Source: Thermoproteota archaeon
GTDB lineage: Archaea; Thermoproteota; Methanomethylicia; Methanomethylicales; Methanomethylicaceae
Length of the DNA stretch: 64,000 bases
Reading direction: 5' to 3'
Assembly: GCA_029887795.1 (NCBI GenBank)
Contig: JARXPE010000001.1
Span: forward strand, 1,386 to 65,385
The notes below the pieces were generated by a model. The model saw nothing but the letters and a program-made list of their open reading frames with translations, made no database searches and was not told the origin of the DNA. Shown one piece after another: positions 8,376 through 17,622 of this stretch. Position 1 is the first letter of the stretch. The number at the start of each line of letters is the position of its first letter. The translations under genes were made by a program, and so were the position numbers.

Positions 8376-10298
8376 ATGAGTATCGAAGAGGCTAAACAAA
8401 GGATTCTCAGCAGAGTCAAGAAGGACTTGGGGACAGAAACCGTTAAAATCTCGGATGCCTGTGGAAGGGTTCTGGCAAGCTTTATAATTTCGAGGGTAGA
8501 TCTGCCTCCTTTCGACAGGGCGGAGATGGACGGGTTTGCGGTGTGTTCTTCGGATCTGGAGGGGGCTTCGGAGCAAAGACCAGTCGGGTTGAGGGTTGTA
8601 GGCAGAATAGACGCAGGCGATAATATATTGAAAGAGATCGGTAGTGGCGAGTGTGTCGAGATAGCCACCGGCGCACCAATGCCAAAAGGGGCAGACTCGG
8701 TGGTGATGGTCGAGTACACCAAAAAGGTTGACGACCATGTTCAGATCTTTAGGGGAACCACGCCCGGAGAGAATGTGGCATCTGCAGGTTCGGACATTCA
8801 AATGGGAGAGTTGGTTCTCAGGAAGGGAACTGTATTGGGCAGAAGAGAGATCGGTTTGCTCGCTGCAATAGGTCTTGAAGAGGTCGAGGTGTTGAGGCGA
8901 CCGAAGGTCGGACTGCTGTCCACGGGGAACGAACTTGTGGGGCAGGGCGAAAGCCTTGAGTTCGGAAAGATTTACGACGCCAATGCGCCCTCGATAGCCG
9001 CCGCCCTTAAGGAGGAAGGGGCAGAATGCGTCGATCTGGGCAGAGCCAAGGACGATTACAGAGATATAAAAGACCGAATAATTGAGGGGTTAGGGATTAG
9101 TGACGCGGTCATCGTCTCAGGAGGAACCTCTGCAGGCATCGGGGATATTGTTTATCGGGTTCTTGAAGACATTTGTGACCAAGGCATCATTGTCCACGGC
9201 CTAAACGTAAAACCAGGAAAGCCGACCGTTGTAGCACTGCACCAAGGAAAGCCTGTTTTCGGGCTTCCGGGCTATCCCGTATCGGCATTAATGATCTTCA
9301 ACGAAATTGTGGGGCCTTATTTAGAGCACGTCTCTTCTGTAAGAAGAAGAGGGAATGCAAAAATATCGGCAAAACTATCTGAGAGGGTCAATGCTGCAAA
9401 GGGGAGGAGATGGTTCCTCCCGGTACATATTATGAAGAAAGGAACGTCCAAGATAGCCCACCCGATCTTCGCTAGTTCGGGTGCCATCGGGACTCTCGCA
9501 AAGGCTGACGGATATATCGTCGTCCCCGAGGATGTAGAATTTCTGGAAGAAGGTAAAGAGGTTCAAGTCAATTTGTTCAAAGATGAAGAGGACCTGGCAG
9601 ATCTTGTCATAATTGGTAGCAACTGCCCTGGGCTCGATCTCCTGTTGGAGATGCTCTTCGAGAAATCATGCATAAGATCTAAGGTTGTAAATGTGGGATC
9701 TCTCGGAGGTCTGGACGCGGTGGCAAAAAAAGAGGCAGACATAGCAGGGATCCACTTGCTTGACCCTCAGACCATGAGATACAACGAAGATTTTGTTAAG
9801 AGGTTTGGTCTTCCAGAAGTAAGCCTAATTAAGGGTTACAGGCGCCTCCAAGGAATAATAGTAAAGAAGGGCAATCCAAAGTCAATAAGAGGTTTGGAGG
9901 ACCTTTTGAGGGAGGACATATTCTTTGTTAACAGGAATAGGGGCTCTGGGACTAGGGTCCTGACAGACCATATGTTGAAAAAGATATGCAGTGATGCGGG
10001 AATTAATTTTGATGACTTTATAAAGAAGATCAGGGGATACAGATGGGAGGCTAAGACACATTCTGCTGTGGCGGCGGCGGTGTATCAGGGAAGGGCAGAC
10101 ATGGGAGTCGGCGTGATGAGTGCTGCAGTAAACTATGGGCTTGATTTCATACCCATCGGATATGAAGAGTACGATTTTGTTGTCTCCCCGGAGAGTTTGA
10201 AAAAAGAGGAAGTCAAAGAGTTCTTGAGGTGCCTCAAATCAAAAGAGTTTCGGGAGGAGCTTTTGAAGTTGCCCGGTTATGGCGTGCCTTCTGATTGA
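8376..10298 (+). CDS. moeA: MoeA paralog with C-terminal periplasmic-binding-protein-like (PBP_like) domain
   Basis: MoeA core ('LLSTGNEL', 'GGTSAG') followed by an extension of roughly 250 aa resembling the PBP-like domain fused to archaeal MoeA. The start could instead be the GTG at 8352, which overlaps the upstream stop (GTGA). Confidence 0.75.
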   Translation: MSIEEAKQRILSRVKKDLGTETVKISDACGRVLASFIISRVDLPPFDRAEMDGFAVCSSDLEGASEQRPVGLRVVGRIDAGDNILKEIGSGECVEIATGAPMPKGADSVVMVEYTKKVDDHVQIFRGTTPGENVASAGSDIQMGELVLRKGTVLGRREIGLLAAIGLEEVEVLRRPKVGLLSTGNELVGQGESLEFGKIYDANAPSIAAALKEEGAECVDLGRAKDDYRDIKDRIIEGLGISDAVIVSGGTSAGIGDIVYRVLEDICDQGIIVHGLNVKPGKPTVVALHQGKPVFGLPGYPVSALMIFNEIVGPYLEHVSSVRRRGNAKISAKLSERVNAAKGRRWFLPVHIMKKGTSKIAHPIFASSGAIGTLAKADGYIVVPEDVEFLEEGKEVQVNLFKDEEDLADLVIIGSNCPGLDLLLEMLFEKSCIRSKVVNVGSLGGLDAVAKKEADIAGIHLLDPQTMRYNEDFVKRFGLPEVSLIKGYRRLQGIIVKKGNPKSIRGLEDLLREDIFFVNRNRGSGTRVLTDHMLKKICSDAGINFDDFIKKIRGYRWEAKTHSAVAAAVYQGRADMGVGVMSAAVNYGLDFIPIGYEEYDFVVSPESLKKEEVKEFLRCLKSKEFREELLKLPGYGVPSD

Positions 10299-10417
10299 TC
10301 TGCCTTTTCATCAATTCTAGACTGCGAAGGCGACATCAATTATTCTATAAAATGGCTTCACAAAAAGGTATTTACACTTTAAAAACGATATACTTTCAGG
10401 TCTTTGGAGTTGATAAA

Positions 10418-11512
10418 ATGGGAAAAAGAACAGTCCTTCACAAAGTCCATAGTGAAGAAGGGCACATGGTTGAGTTTGCGGGTTTTGATATGCCATTATT
10501 TTACAAGAGTATATCCGAAGAAGTGATGAGCGTCAGGGAGAGAGCGGGAGTATTTGACGTAAGCCACATGGGCAGGGTCATCTTCTCGGGAAAGGGCGCG
10601 GGCTCTTTTTTGGACTTAATCACTTCCAATGAAATATCCAAATTGGAAATAAACCAAGCGAGGTATGCACTGATCCTTAACGAAAATGGGGGTATCAAAG
10701 ATGACATTATAGTGGTAAGAAGGGGTGAAGACTCGTTTTTGGTGGTTTGGAATGCTGCAAACAGGGGTAAGAACCTAGCTTGGGTCGAGGAAAACTCCAA
10801 GAGTTTTGACGTAGAAATAAAGGACATATCGGACAAAAGTTTTATGCTCGCACTTCAAGGACCTCAGGCGGAGAGGATTTTGCAGCAGATATGCGATAGA
10901 AAGTTGGACGCGGTGAAGAGGTTCAGGGGCACAGAGGGGTATGTTAAGGCGGCAAAATGCCTCATAACCAGGACGGGATATACAGGCGAGGACGGGTTCG
11001 AGTTGATTTCGGAAGACACTGAGATGGCGGAGGACATCTGGAGGAACCTTATCTCGTTGGGCGCCAGTCCTGCAGGACTAGGTGCCAGGGATGTCCTTAG
11101 GATCGAGGCAGGGCTGCCGCTGTACGGGCACGAGATAAACGAGGATATTAATCCCTTCGAGGCAGGGCTTGAGTTTGCTGTGAAACTTCAAAAGGAAGAT
11201 TTTATTGGAAAGGCAGCTCTGGAGAGACTTAAGGACAACATTAGTAGAAAGAGAATGGGAATAAAAATGACGGGGAAGGGAATACCGAGAGAGGGATACA
11301 AGGTTTATTCGGATGGTAAGGAGGTTGGCTTCGTAACGAGCGGGACTTATTCCCCAACCATAAATTGCGGGATAGCTATGGCATATTTACCCGTAAGTGT
11401 AAGGGTGGGAGATAAAGTAACAATTAGGATCAGGGGGCGCGATGAGGAGGGTGTAGTCTCAGAGTTCCCATTTTATGATGTTGAGAGGTATGGATGGAGG
11501 AGAAAGAAGTAG
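10418..11512 (+). CDS. gcvT: Glycine cleavage system T protein (aminomethyltransferase)
   Basis: 'GVFDVSHMGRV' and overall GcvT pattern. Start set at the internal Met 'MGKRTVLHKV'; the upstream part of the track ORF looks non-coding. Confidence 0.85.
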   Translation: MGKRTVLHKVHSEEGHMVEFAGFDMPLFYKSISEEVMSVRERAGVFDVSHMGRVIFSGKGAGSFLDLITSNEISKLEINQARYALILNENGGIKDDIIVVRRGEDSFLVVWNAANRGKNLAWVEENSKSFDVEIKDISDKSFMLALQGPQAERILQQICDRKLDAVKRFRGTEGYVKAAKCLITRTGYTGEDGFELISEDTEMAEDIWRNLISLGASPAGLGARDVLRIEAGLPLYGHEINEDINPFEAGLEFAVKLQKEDFIGKAALERLKDNISRKRMGIKMTGKGIPREGYKVYSDGKEVGFVTSGTYSPTINCGIAMAYLPVSVRVGDKVTIRIRGRDEEGVVSEFPFYDVERYGWRRKK

Positions 11513-11600
11513 TGGCGGAGGTAGACATGAGGTAAAGGCTAAAAAGAGGATATACGCATAGACAGGTTTATCAAAATCGACCGGTATTTTATGAAGGAAG

Positions 11601-12032
11601 GTGCGGATGTTGAACATAAACATAACCATAAACTTAAGCCATATTTCCGGAGAGAAGCTTATAGAAGCTGGAGGAGCTAGCAATATTCAGATTACTACTA
11701 ACATAAGTGTTGTGAAGCTTACTCCGGTCGACGATAGCCTCGAGTGTAGTTTTATATTTAATGTGAACTACAACCCCGCGGTTGCGACTTTGACGATAAA
11801 GGGTGTAGCAAGGGTGACCGGAGAGAGAAAGGATTTGGAGGAGATCAAGAAGTCCTTCGAAAGTAGGAGGGTGCTCCCATCGCCGCTATTACAGACTATT
11901 GCGAACGTATCGTTCATTGAGGGGGTCATACTCGCCAGATCCCTCAACATACCACCCCCTTTACCGCTTCCCACAATCCCACAACCGTCTGAAACCAAAG
12001 AAGGGACTGTGAGACCCAGCTACATAGCCTGA
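11601..12032 (+). CDS. Hypothetical protein
   Basis: 143 aa ORF on the same strand as its neighbours, with a beta-rich N-terminal part and Pro-rich C-terminus. No recognisable motif. Confidence 0.35.
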   Translation: MRMLNINITINLSHISGEKLIEAGGASNIQITTNISVVKLTPVDDSLECSFIFNVNYNPAVATLTIKGVARVTGERKDLEEIKKSFESRRVLPSPLLQTIANVSFIEGVILARSLNIPPPLPLPTIPQPSETKEGTVRPSYIA

Positions 12033-12187
12033 TCGTCTCATTGCGCAATGGCTTTTGTTTACCAGTAGGATCAAATACAGTAGTGATACTGATGCGAATC
12101 AGAAAAGCCAGCTCAAATTATGAACTTTTGAGGTTTTCTCGCAAAAGCTCTTATAGAGAACCAGCACACGTATTTAGGGAGAATTCT

Positions 12188-12346
12188 ATGAAAGTAAGAG
12201 TGGTTGTGGACGGAAAGGAGATACCCATCAACGAGTTTGTTAACCAGATACTTGGCGGTACAATCTCAGGGGCTGTTATGAGTTTAAAGGGTGTAGATAA
12301 GGATTGGGGGACCATAGAAATCAAAGTAGAAAGAGATAGAGACTAA
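12188..12346 (+). CDS. Small hypothetical protein (about 52 aa)
   Basis: Internal Met 'MKVRVVVDGKEIPINEF...' of the 12041..12346 ORF. Coding-like composition. Speculative. Confidence 0.2.
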   Translation: MKVRVVVDGKEIPINEFVNQILGGTISGAVMSLKGVDKDWGTIEIKVERDRD

Positions 12347-12522
12347 CCCGTCCAACACTTCCATAAAATACCAAGCATCATACATTTTTACCATATTTTG
12401 AAATAGAAGACTCTCTAAACTCTTTATTATAAAAACTATTGAAATATTAAAGCCAAAAGCGCAGATAATTTGTTTTAAAAGATTGCTCTTGAATTTTTCC
12501 TGCGCCACTGACTTTAGGGAGT

Positions 12523-13065
12523 TTAACCCTTGGCGGATACCGACAGGTAGATTTCTGCGAAGAATTCACGCTTTGCCTTGCAAATGGGGCATATGTAGGG
12601 AGGTTCCTCACGGAAAACTACATAACCACATTGCTTACAATACCATAATTTCATACCACCGACCACCTCCGTAATTCTCTCTTCCTTCTTAACTTCCTGA
12701 GGATATTCAGGAGTTATGCGACCGCTCAGCGCCCTTTCTATCAGTTTGCCGGGTCTGCGCTCGGGCACCGGTTGAAGCTTTTTCTTTCCCTCATATACCT
12801 CTTTGCTTACGAAGAGACCGCAATAGCAAGCACCAAACTCTTCCACATCAATGTCCCTATAATCGCAAGGGCATATAATGTCCTTATCAAGCTCAAAGAT
12901 CCCTGTGGCATACCTGCAAGGGCAGGAAGGATAGCCATATCGTTCCTCGTTGGTCTTTAGACCCTCAAGCAGGTCGTTAAGGAAAGAGAGATCAGGGTTT
13001 AGTTTGTAGCCTCGAGATTCCGCATCTGCTTCTGCCCTTCTTCTTACTTCCTCAAGAGAGGTCAA
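12523..13065 (-). CDS. Ferredoxin:thioredoxin-reductase catalytic-subunit-like protein fused to a C-terminal rubredoxin domain (FDR-like)
   Basis: 'CPCRYATGI...ICPCDY...CYCGLF' matches the FTR catalytic CPC/CxC cluster. C-terminal 'CKQCGY...CPICKA' rubredoxin knuckles. Confidence 0.7.
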   Translation of the reverse strand: MTSLEEVRRRAEADAESRGYKLNPDLSFLNDLLEGLKTNEERYGYPSCPCRYATGIFELDKDIICPCDYRDIDVEEFGACYCGLFVSKEVYEGKKKLQPVPERRPGKLIERALSGRITPEYPQEVKKEERITEVVGGMKLWYCKQCGYVVFREEPPYICPICKAKREFFAEIYLSVSAKG

Positions 13066-13343
13066 GCTAGAGCACCATTTATTTTATCTTCTCTAAACCC
13101 AGTGATCATCACTTTATCGTCAATTATTATTAGAGGGAATTGTAGCGGGGCTCCGCGACTGGTAATTTCGTTTTTGACTTTTTCCAAATCCTCTTTTGAG
13201 AGTAGATCTACATCCACGTATTCATACTCTACGTCTTTGTCTTTCAGGAACTGTTTTGTCTTTTTGCACCACGCACATGTGCTGAGGGCGTAAACGAAGA
13301 CCTTGTGCTTCTTATTATTTCCCGGTACTTTTTGGATTTTCAT
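13062..13343 (-). CDS. Glutaredoxin-like protein
   Basis: 'CAWCKK' CxxC active site in a thioredoxin-fold context. 93 aa. Its stop overlaps the downstream FTR-like start by 4 nt. Confidence 0.7.
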   Translation of the reverse strand: MKIQKVPGNNKKHKVFVYALSTCAWCKKTKQFLKDKDVEYEYVDVDLLSKEDLEKVKNEITSRGAPLQFPLIIIDDKVMITGFREDKINGALA

Positions 13344-13443
13344 GAATTATAATATGGTTTAAAGGAGTATTTTTGGATTTCTTCTAAAATAGAAATCTCA
13401 TTGAACATTTTTAAAATAGATAAAAATTATTAATTTTACAGTT

Positions 13444-13713
13444 TTAAGTCTTGATTCCTAGTTCCCTGATCAAGAGGTTTTTGAACTCTTCCTTGGAGGG
13501 CACCCTGCCAGAAAATACAACTTTGTCGTTTATCACCACGGCAGGTGTAGAAAGGATGTCGTACTTGTCTGCCTCGTCAGAAAGGGCGGAAACGTGCGTC
13601 ACCTTTACGCTCAGCCCCAACTCCTTGGACGCCTCTACAGCCACTCTCTCTGTCGCTTTACACCTCGCACAGGGCGGATCGGCCCCAAATATCTTTATGG
13701 AATATTCGGACAT
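13444..13713 (-). CDS. Small thioredoxin-like protein (redox-active disulfide protein type)
   Basis: 'CARCKA' CxxC. 89 aa. Lies immediately upstream of the ArsP-like permease. Confidence 0.55.
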   Translation of the reverse strand: MSEYSIKIFGADPPCARCKATERVAVEASKELGLSVKVTHVSALSDEADKYDILSTPAVVINDKVVFSGRVPSKEEFKNLLIRELGIKT

Positions 13714-13954
13714 GTCAACACCATTATCATATTAGGTTCAAATTCAAATATATAAATATCGCCAAGAATAGTTTTAATGATCGTCAATTTTCTGGGAAAA
13801 TCAGAGTCGGCCTATGAAATCGAAGTTTTAAAAGAGTAGAGGAATTCTCGATATGATGCAGAGAGCTTCTGAAATTATTCGTGTGGAAAGTCCAATTGTT
13901 TTATTATCAAAAGTGCTTATTCTGTGGAGTCTTACAACACTCAAGATTAAAAAG

Positions 13955-15028
13955 TTAAAACAGATTTCCAAGTGCAAAGGAGACAAACGTTGAGATAATT
14001 ACTACAGAAATTATGTAGACTATGCCTTTCCTCAGGTGAAAAATCCTCATTATAGCGATCATGTTTGGTAAGCTCATTCCTGGACCAGTAAGTAGTAGAG
14101 CCAAAGCCGGCGCTTTGCCCATACCCAGCCCAAGCAACATCTTCACAAATGGTGCTTCCGTCATTGTTGAGAAATAGCTCAAAGCGCCAACGATGTTAGC
14201 TAAGAATGTGGAAAGCAGGTCATTGCCACCGACAGCAGATTTGACCCAAGCTTCCGGTAAGATCGCTCCAATCACTCCGACTATAAAAACTCCAACGAGC
14301 AGCAGGGGAAATATCATCCTGACAAACCACAGGGTCTCATGAAGCCAACCCTTGATCTCCTCGGCAGATAAAGTGCGCCATGCGTAAATAGAGACAGGTA
14401 TGAGCAGAAGAACAAACATCAAAAATTTTTCTAAATATGATCTACCCAAGCCTAAATAGTTTGGAACCAACAAGAGAACCAATAATAACAAAATCAGCCC
14501 CAAAACGTTCTTGCTCTTTAAAGGTGCAGTTTCTTTTCCCGAGCCCGATTTAGACCTTGCGCCCCTTTCGAGCTCCTCCTTCTTAAAGACTGTGATCATT
14601 ACTAGTCCGACCAGAAATGATGTCGAGAGCGCACCGATGATCCTCATAATCACAAAATCTAATCCCAATATACTACCAGTATATGTAATAGCGAGAATGT
14701 TGAGGGCAGGTGCCGTCCAAAGAAATATGAAGGCAGGTCCGAGGCTACTCCCCCTCTTGTAAAGACCAGAGGCTATCGGGATTATGGTACACGAACAGAC
14801 CGCGAGACCGAGGCTAGAAACAGCAGCCAGAGGAAAAGAGACTAGTTTGCTCCTTGTGTACCCCAGATATCGGATTATGACGTCTTTTGAGAGGAATGTG
14901 TTAATAGCCCCTGCAATTAAGAAGGCTGGCACCAAGCACGTGACCACATGCAAGGCCACATAATCTACTAAGGAGTTTATGCCAGCCAGCAGAATCGTAA
15001 ATATTATTTCTAAGGACATTAAGCACAC
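13955..15028 (-). CDS. DUF318/ArsP-family permease (putative organoarsenical/thiol-compound efflux permease)
   Basis: Polytopic membrane protein of 357 aa with a conserved 'CSC' motif ('AVCSCTIIP') in a TM segment, as in ArsP-type permeases. Confidence 0.55.
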   Translation of the reverse strand: MCLMSLEIIFTILLAGINSLVDYVALHVVTCLVPAFLIAGAINTFLSKDVIIRYLGYTRSKLVSFPLAAVSSLGLAVCSCTIIPIASGLYKRGSSLGPAFIFLWTAPALNILAITYTGSILGLDFVIMRIIGALSTSFLVGLVMITVFKKEELERGARSKSGSGKETAPLKSKNVLGLILLLLVLLLVPNYLGLGRSYLEKFLMFVLLLIPVSIYAWRTLSAEEIKGWLHETLWFVRMIFPLLLVGVFIVGVIGAILPEAWVKSAVGGNDLLSTFLANIVGALSYFSTMTEAPFVKMLLGLGMGKAPALALLLTGPGMSLPNMIAIMRIFHLRKGIVYIISVVIISTFVSFALGNLF

Positions 15029-15109
15029 ACCAGATTATTTAAATAATCATAATATTCAGATATTTGAATGTTCGTGGGGGATTTAATTATAAAAGGGAAT
15101 CCTTACGGC

Positions 15110-16171
15110 TCACTTGAACTGGAGCTTGTAAAGTCGCTTTCTAAACCAAAATGCCACGTTTACCAAAGAAATCATTACAGGAACCTCTATCAGCGGACCA
15201 ATCACCGTCGCAAAGGCCTCCTTTGAGGCAAGGCCGAAAACAGATACAGCTACCGCTATTGCGAGCTCAAAGTTATTGCTCGCTGCGGTAAATGAGAGCG
15301 CAGTAACACGTTTGTAATCAAGACCGGAACGGTGACCGATCAAGAATGATAGAAGGAACATTATTACAAAGTATAATAGAAGTGGCATAGCGATCATTGC
15401 AACATCCATTGGTAGTGTAACAATGTATTCGCCCTTTAGAGAGAACATAACTATTATGGTGAATAGGAGGGCAAAAAGAGAGGTCGGGCCTAGCTTGGGC
15501 ATTAGCACTTTATCATACCATTCCCTGCCTTTGCTCTTTAGGAAGTAAAATCGCGTGAACATTCCGCCAAAAAATGGTATTCCCAGATATATTAGCACAG
15601 AAGTAGCTATGTCAATAAGAGAGATTTGGACCACCGTGCCCGCTCCACCGATCCAAGAGCTCACTAACGTGATATAGAAGTAAGCGTATATTGAGTAAAA
15701 TGCGATCTGAAAAACAGAGTTCAGTGCCACTAGTATGGCGGCCCACTCATTGTCACCTTCAGCGAGGTCGTTCCAAACTATAACCATAGCTATACACCTA
15801 GCGAGCCCAACGAGGATTATGCCATTTCTGAACTCAGGGAAAGGTGCAAGAAAGATCCAAGCCAAGACAAACATTAGAAAAGGTCCAACTAAATAATTCA
15901 GTATGAGGGACTCGGTCAGCATGACCTTTGATCCCTTCGCTGTCACGATCTTTTTAAGTTCTTCGTATCTGACTTTGGCCAGAGGAGGGTACATCATCCA
16001 TATTAATCCGAGTGCTATTGGGATGGAGGTAGTCCCAATACTCATTTGCCCCAAAAGGTCTGCCACTCCAGGAAAAACATAACCCAAACCAATGCCAACT
16101 ATCATTGCAAGGAAGATCCATAGGGTCAGAAACCGGCTCAGTATTGGAAGACCAGATTTTGAGCTGCTCAA
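15110..16171 (-). CDS. acr3: Arsenite efflux transporter, ACR3 family
   Basis: N-terminal 'LSRFLTLWIFLAMIVGIGLGYVFP' signature of Acr3/ArsB(YqcL). About 10 TM helices. 353 aa. Confidence 0.85.
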   Translation of the reverse strand: MSSSKSGLPILSRFLTLWIFLAMIVGIGLGYVFPGVADLLGQMSIGTTSIPIALGLIWMMYPPLAKVRYEELKKIVTAKGSKVMLTESLILNYLVGPFLMFVLAWIFLAPFPEFRNGIILVGLARCIAMVIVWNDLAEGDNEWAAILVALNSVFQIAFYSIYAYFYITLVSSWIGGAGTVVQISLIDIATSVLIYLGIPFFGGMFTRFYFLKSKGREWYDKVLMPKLGPTSLFALLFTIIVMFSLKGEYIVTLPMDVAMIAMPLLLYFVIMFLLSFLIGHRSGLDYKRVTALSFTAASNNFELAIAVAVSVFGLASKEAFATVIGPLIEVPVMISLVNVAFWFRKRLYKLQFK

Positions 16172-16184
16172 TGCCGATCCCCAA

Positions 16185-16200
16185 AATTAATTCATTAATT
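16185..16200. promoter_or_regulatory. Inverted repeat AATTAAT-tc-ATTAATT in the acr3/arsR divergent promoter (candidate ArsR operator)
   Basis: Perfect 7-2-7 palindrome read directly, lying about 15–30 nt upstream of the acr3 start. Confidence 0.3.
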
Positions 16201-16251
16201 GCAATTTTTAGATATAAAAGTATATCTATTGCTTTGCGTCCATAATCAATT

Positions 16252-16590
16252 ATGGATAAGAGCGTCTTGGAGCATAGAGCAAATCTTTTCAAGGCAATTG
16301 CAGATCCGGTTCGCCTCCAGATCTTGGAGTTTTTAAGGGATGGCGAGAAGTGCGTCTGCGAAATTATACCATTTATCGGCAGGTCACAGTCCACAACTTC
16401 AAAAAACTTGGACATGTTATATAGGGCAGGGATACTGGAGAGAAGGGAGGATGGGCGCCGGACTTTGTACAAAATAAAGAGTCAGAAAGTGTTAGAGCTA
16501 CTTAAGCTGGCAGATTCTTTGGTTGTAGACTTACTATCCACCTATGTAAAGACGGTGGAATATCTGGAGTCACAAAAGTCAAGCCAATGA
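16252..16590 (+). CDS. arsR: ArsR/SmtB-family metalloregulator
   Basis: 'VRLQILEFLRDGEKCVCEI' metal-binding plus HTH region. 112 aa. Divergent from acr3. Confidence 0.8.
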   Translation: MDKSVLEHRANLFKAIADPVRLQILEFLRDGEKCVCEIIPFIGRSQSTTSKNLDMLYRAGILERREDGRRTLYKIKSQKVLELLKLADSLVVDLLSTYVKTVEYLESQKSSQ

Positions 16591-16659
16591 ATTTCAGCAC
16601 AGACAAAAAATAAGTTTATGAATAACCGTTCGTTTTTAAAGACCAGTCGGCGATACTTG

Positions 16660-17622
16660 ATGATAATTGAAACTTTCGGCATAACTAAAGTCTTCAAAAC
16701 CTTGGTGGCAGTTGACCATATTGACCTCTCCGTGGAGGAAGGAGAGATCTTTGGGCTATTGGGACCTAACGGCGCAGGAAAGACAACCCTCTTATCGATG
16801 CTCGCTACGATCCTAAAGCCAACTGAGGGCACGGCAAAGATAAATGGCTATGACATCATTAGTCAGCCAGCAAAGGTCAGAAAGTCAATAGGCATGGTCT
16901 TTCAGGCTCCGAGCTCCGACGAGTTACTTACAGGTTGGGAGAACCTGTACTTACATGCCATGATGTACGGTGTTCCATCCGACGTGAGAAAATCGAGAAT
17001 TAATGAGGTCTTGGAACTTGTGGATCTGAAGGACAGGGCAAAGGATCTCGTGAAGACTTATTCAGGTGGCATGAGGAGGAGGCTTGAGCTCGCGAGGGGC
17101 TTGCTCCATAAGCCAAGGGTTCTATTCTTGGATGAGCCCACCCTAGGGTTGGATCCCCAGACTAGGTCTCACATATGGGATTACATAAAGAGGCTCTCAA
17201 AGGAAGAGGGCGTAACCATTCTGATTACGACTCATTATATGGAGGAGGCTGATGCTCTCTGTGACAGAGTCGCCATAATAGACCACGGAAGGATAAAGGC
17301 GCTCGACTCACCAGCAAATCTGAAGATGAGGGTGGGCAAGAGCATGATAAGGGCTAAGGTAAAGGAGCCCAACCTAGAAAAGATAAAGACTCTACCTTAT
17401 GTGAGTAGGGCTGAGGCAAAGGATGGAGATGTGGTTATAATACTCTCGGAGGTGGGAGCCCACATACAAGAGGTTCTGTGCAATATCGGGGAGGCCTCAT
17501 TTGTGGAGCTGAGGGAGCCGACACTTAATGACGTATTTCTGCAACTGACTGGAAGAGGAATAAGGGAGGAGTCGGCGGAGGGCTGGGAGGAGAAGTTAAT
17601 TCAGGTGAGGCAGAATGGGTGA
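16660..17622 (+). CDS. ABC transporter ATP-binding protein (ABC-2 exporter type)
   Basis: Walker A 'GPNGAGKTT', signature 'YSGGMRRRL', Walker B 'LFLDEPT'. Start set at the internal Met; the track start is 16618. Confidence 0.85.
   Translation: MIIETFGITKVFKTLVAVDHIDLSVEEGEIFGLLGPNGAGKTTLLSMLATILKPTEGTAKINGYDIISQPAKVRKSIGMVFQAPSSDELLTGWENLYLHAMMYGVPSDVRKSRINEVLELVDLKDRAKDLVKTYSGGMRRRLELARGLLHKPRVLFLDEPTLGLDPQTRSHIWDYIKRLSKEEGVTILITTHYMEEADALCDRVAIIDHGRIKALDSPANLKMRVGKSMIRAKVKEPNLEKIKTLPYVSRAEAKDGDVVIILSEVGAHIQEVLCNIGEASFVELREPTLNDVFLQLTGRGIREESAEGWEEKLIQVRQNG

Noticed and set aside
7422-8801. Antisense ORFs (186, 257 and 128 aa) opposite the two moeA genes
   Set aside because: They sit opposite well-supported MoeA coding sequence. 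The translations are Ser/Pro-rich with no motifs. These are shadow ORFs.
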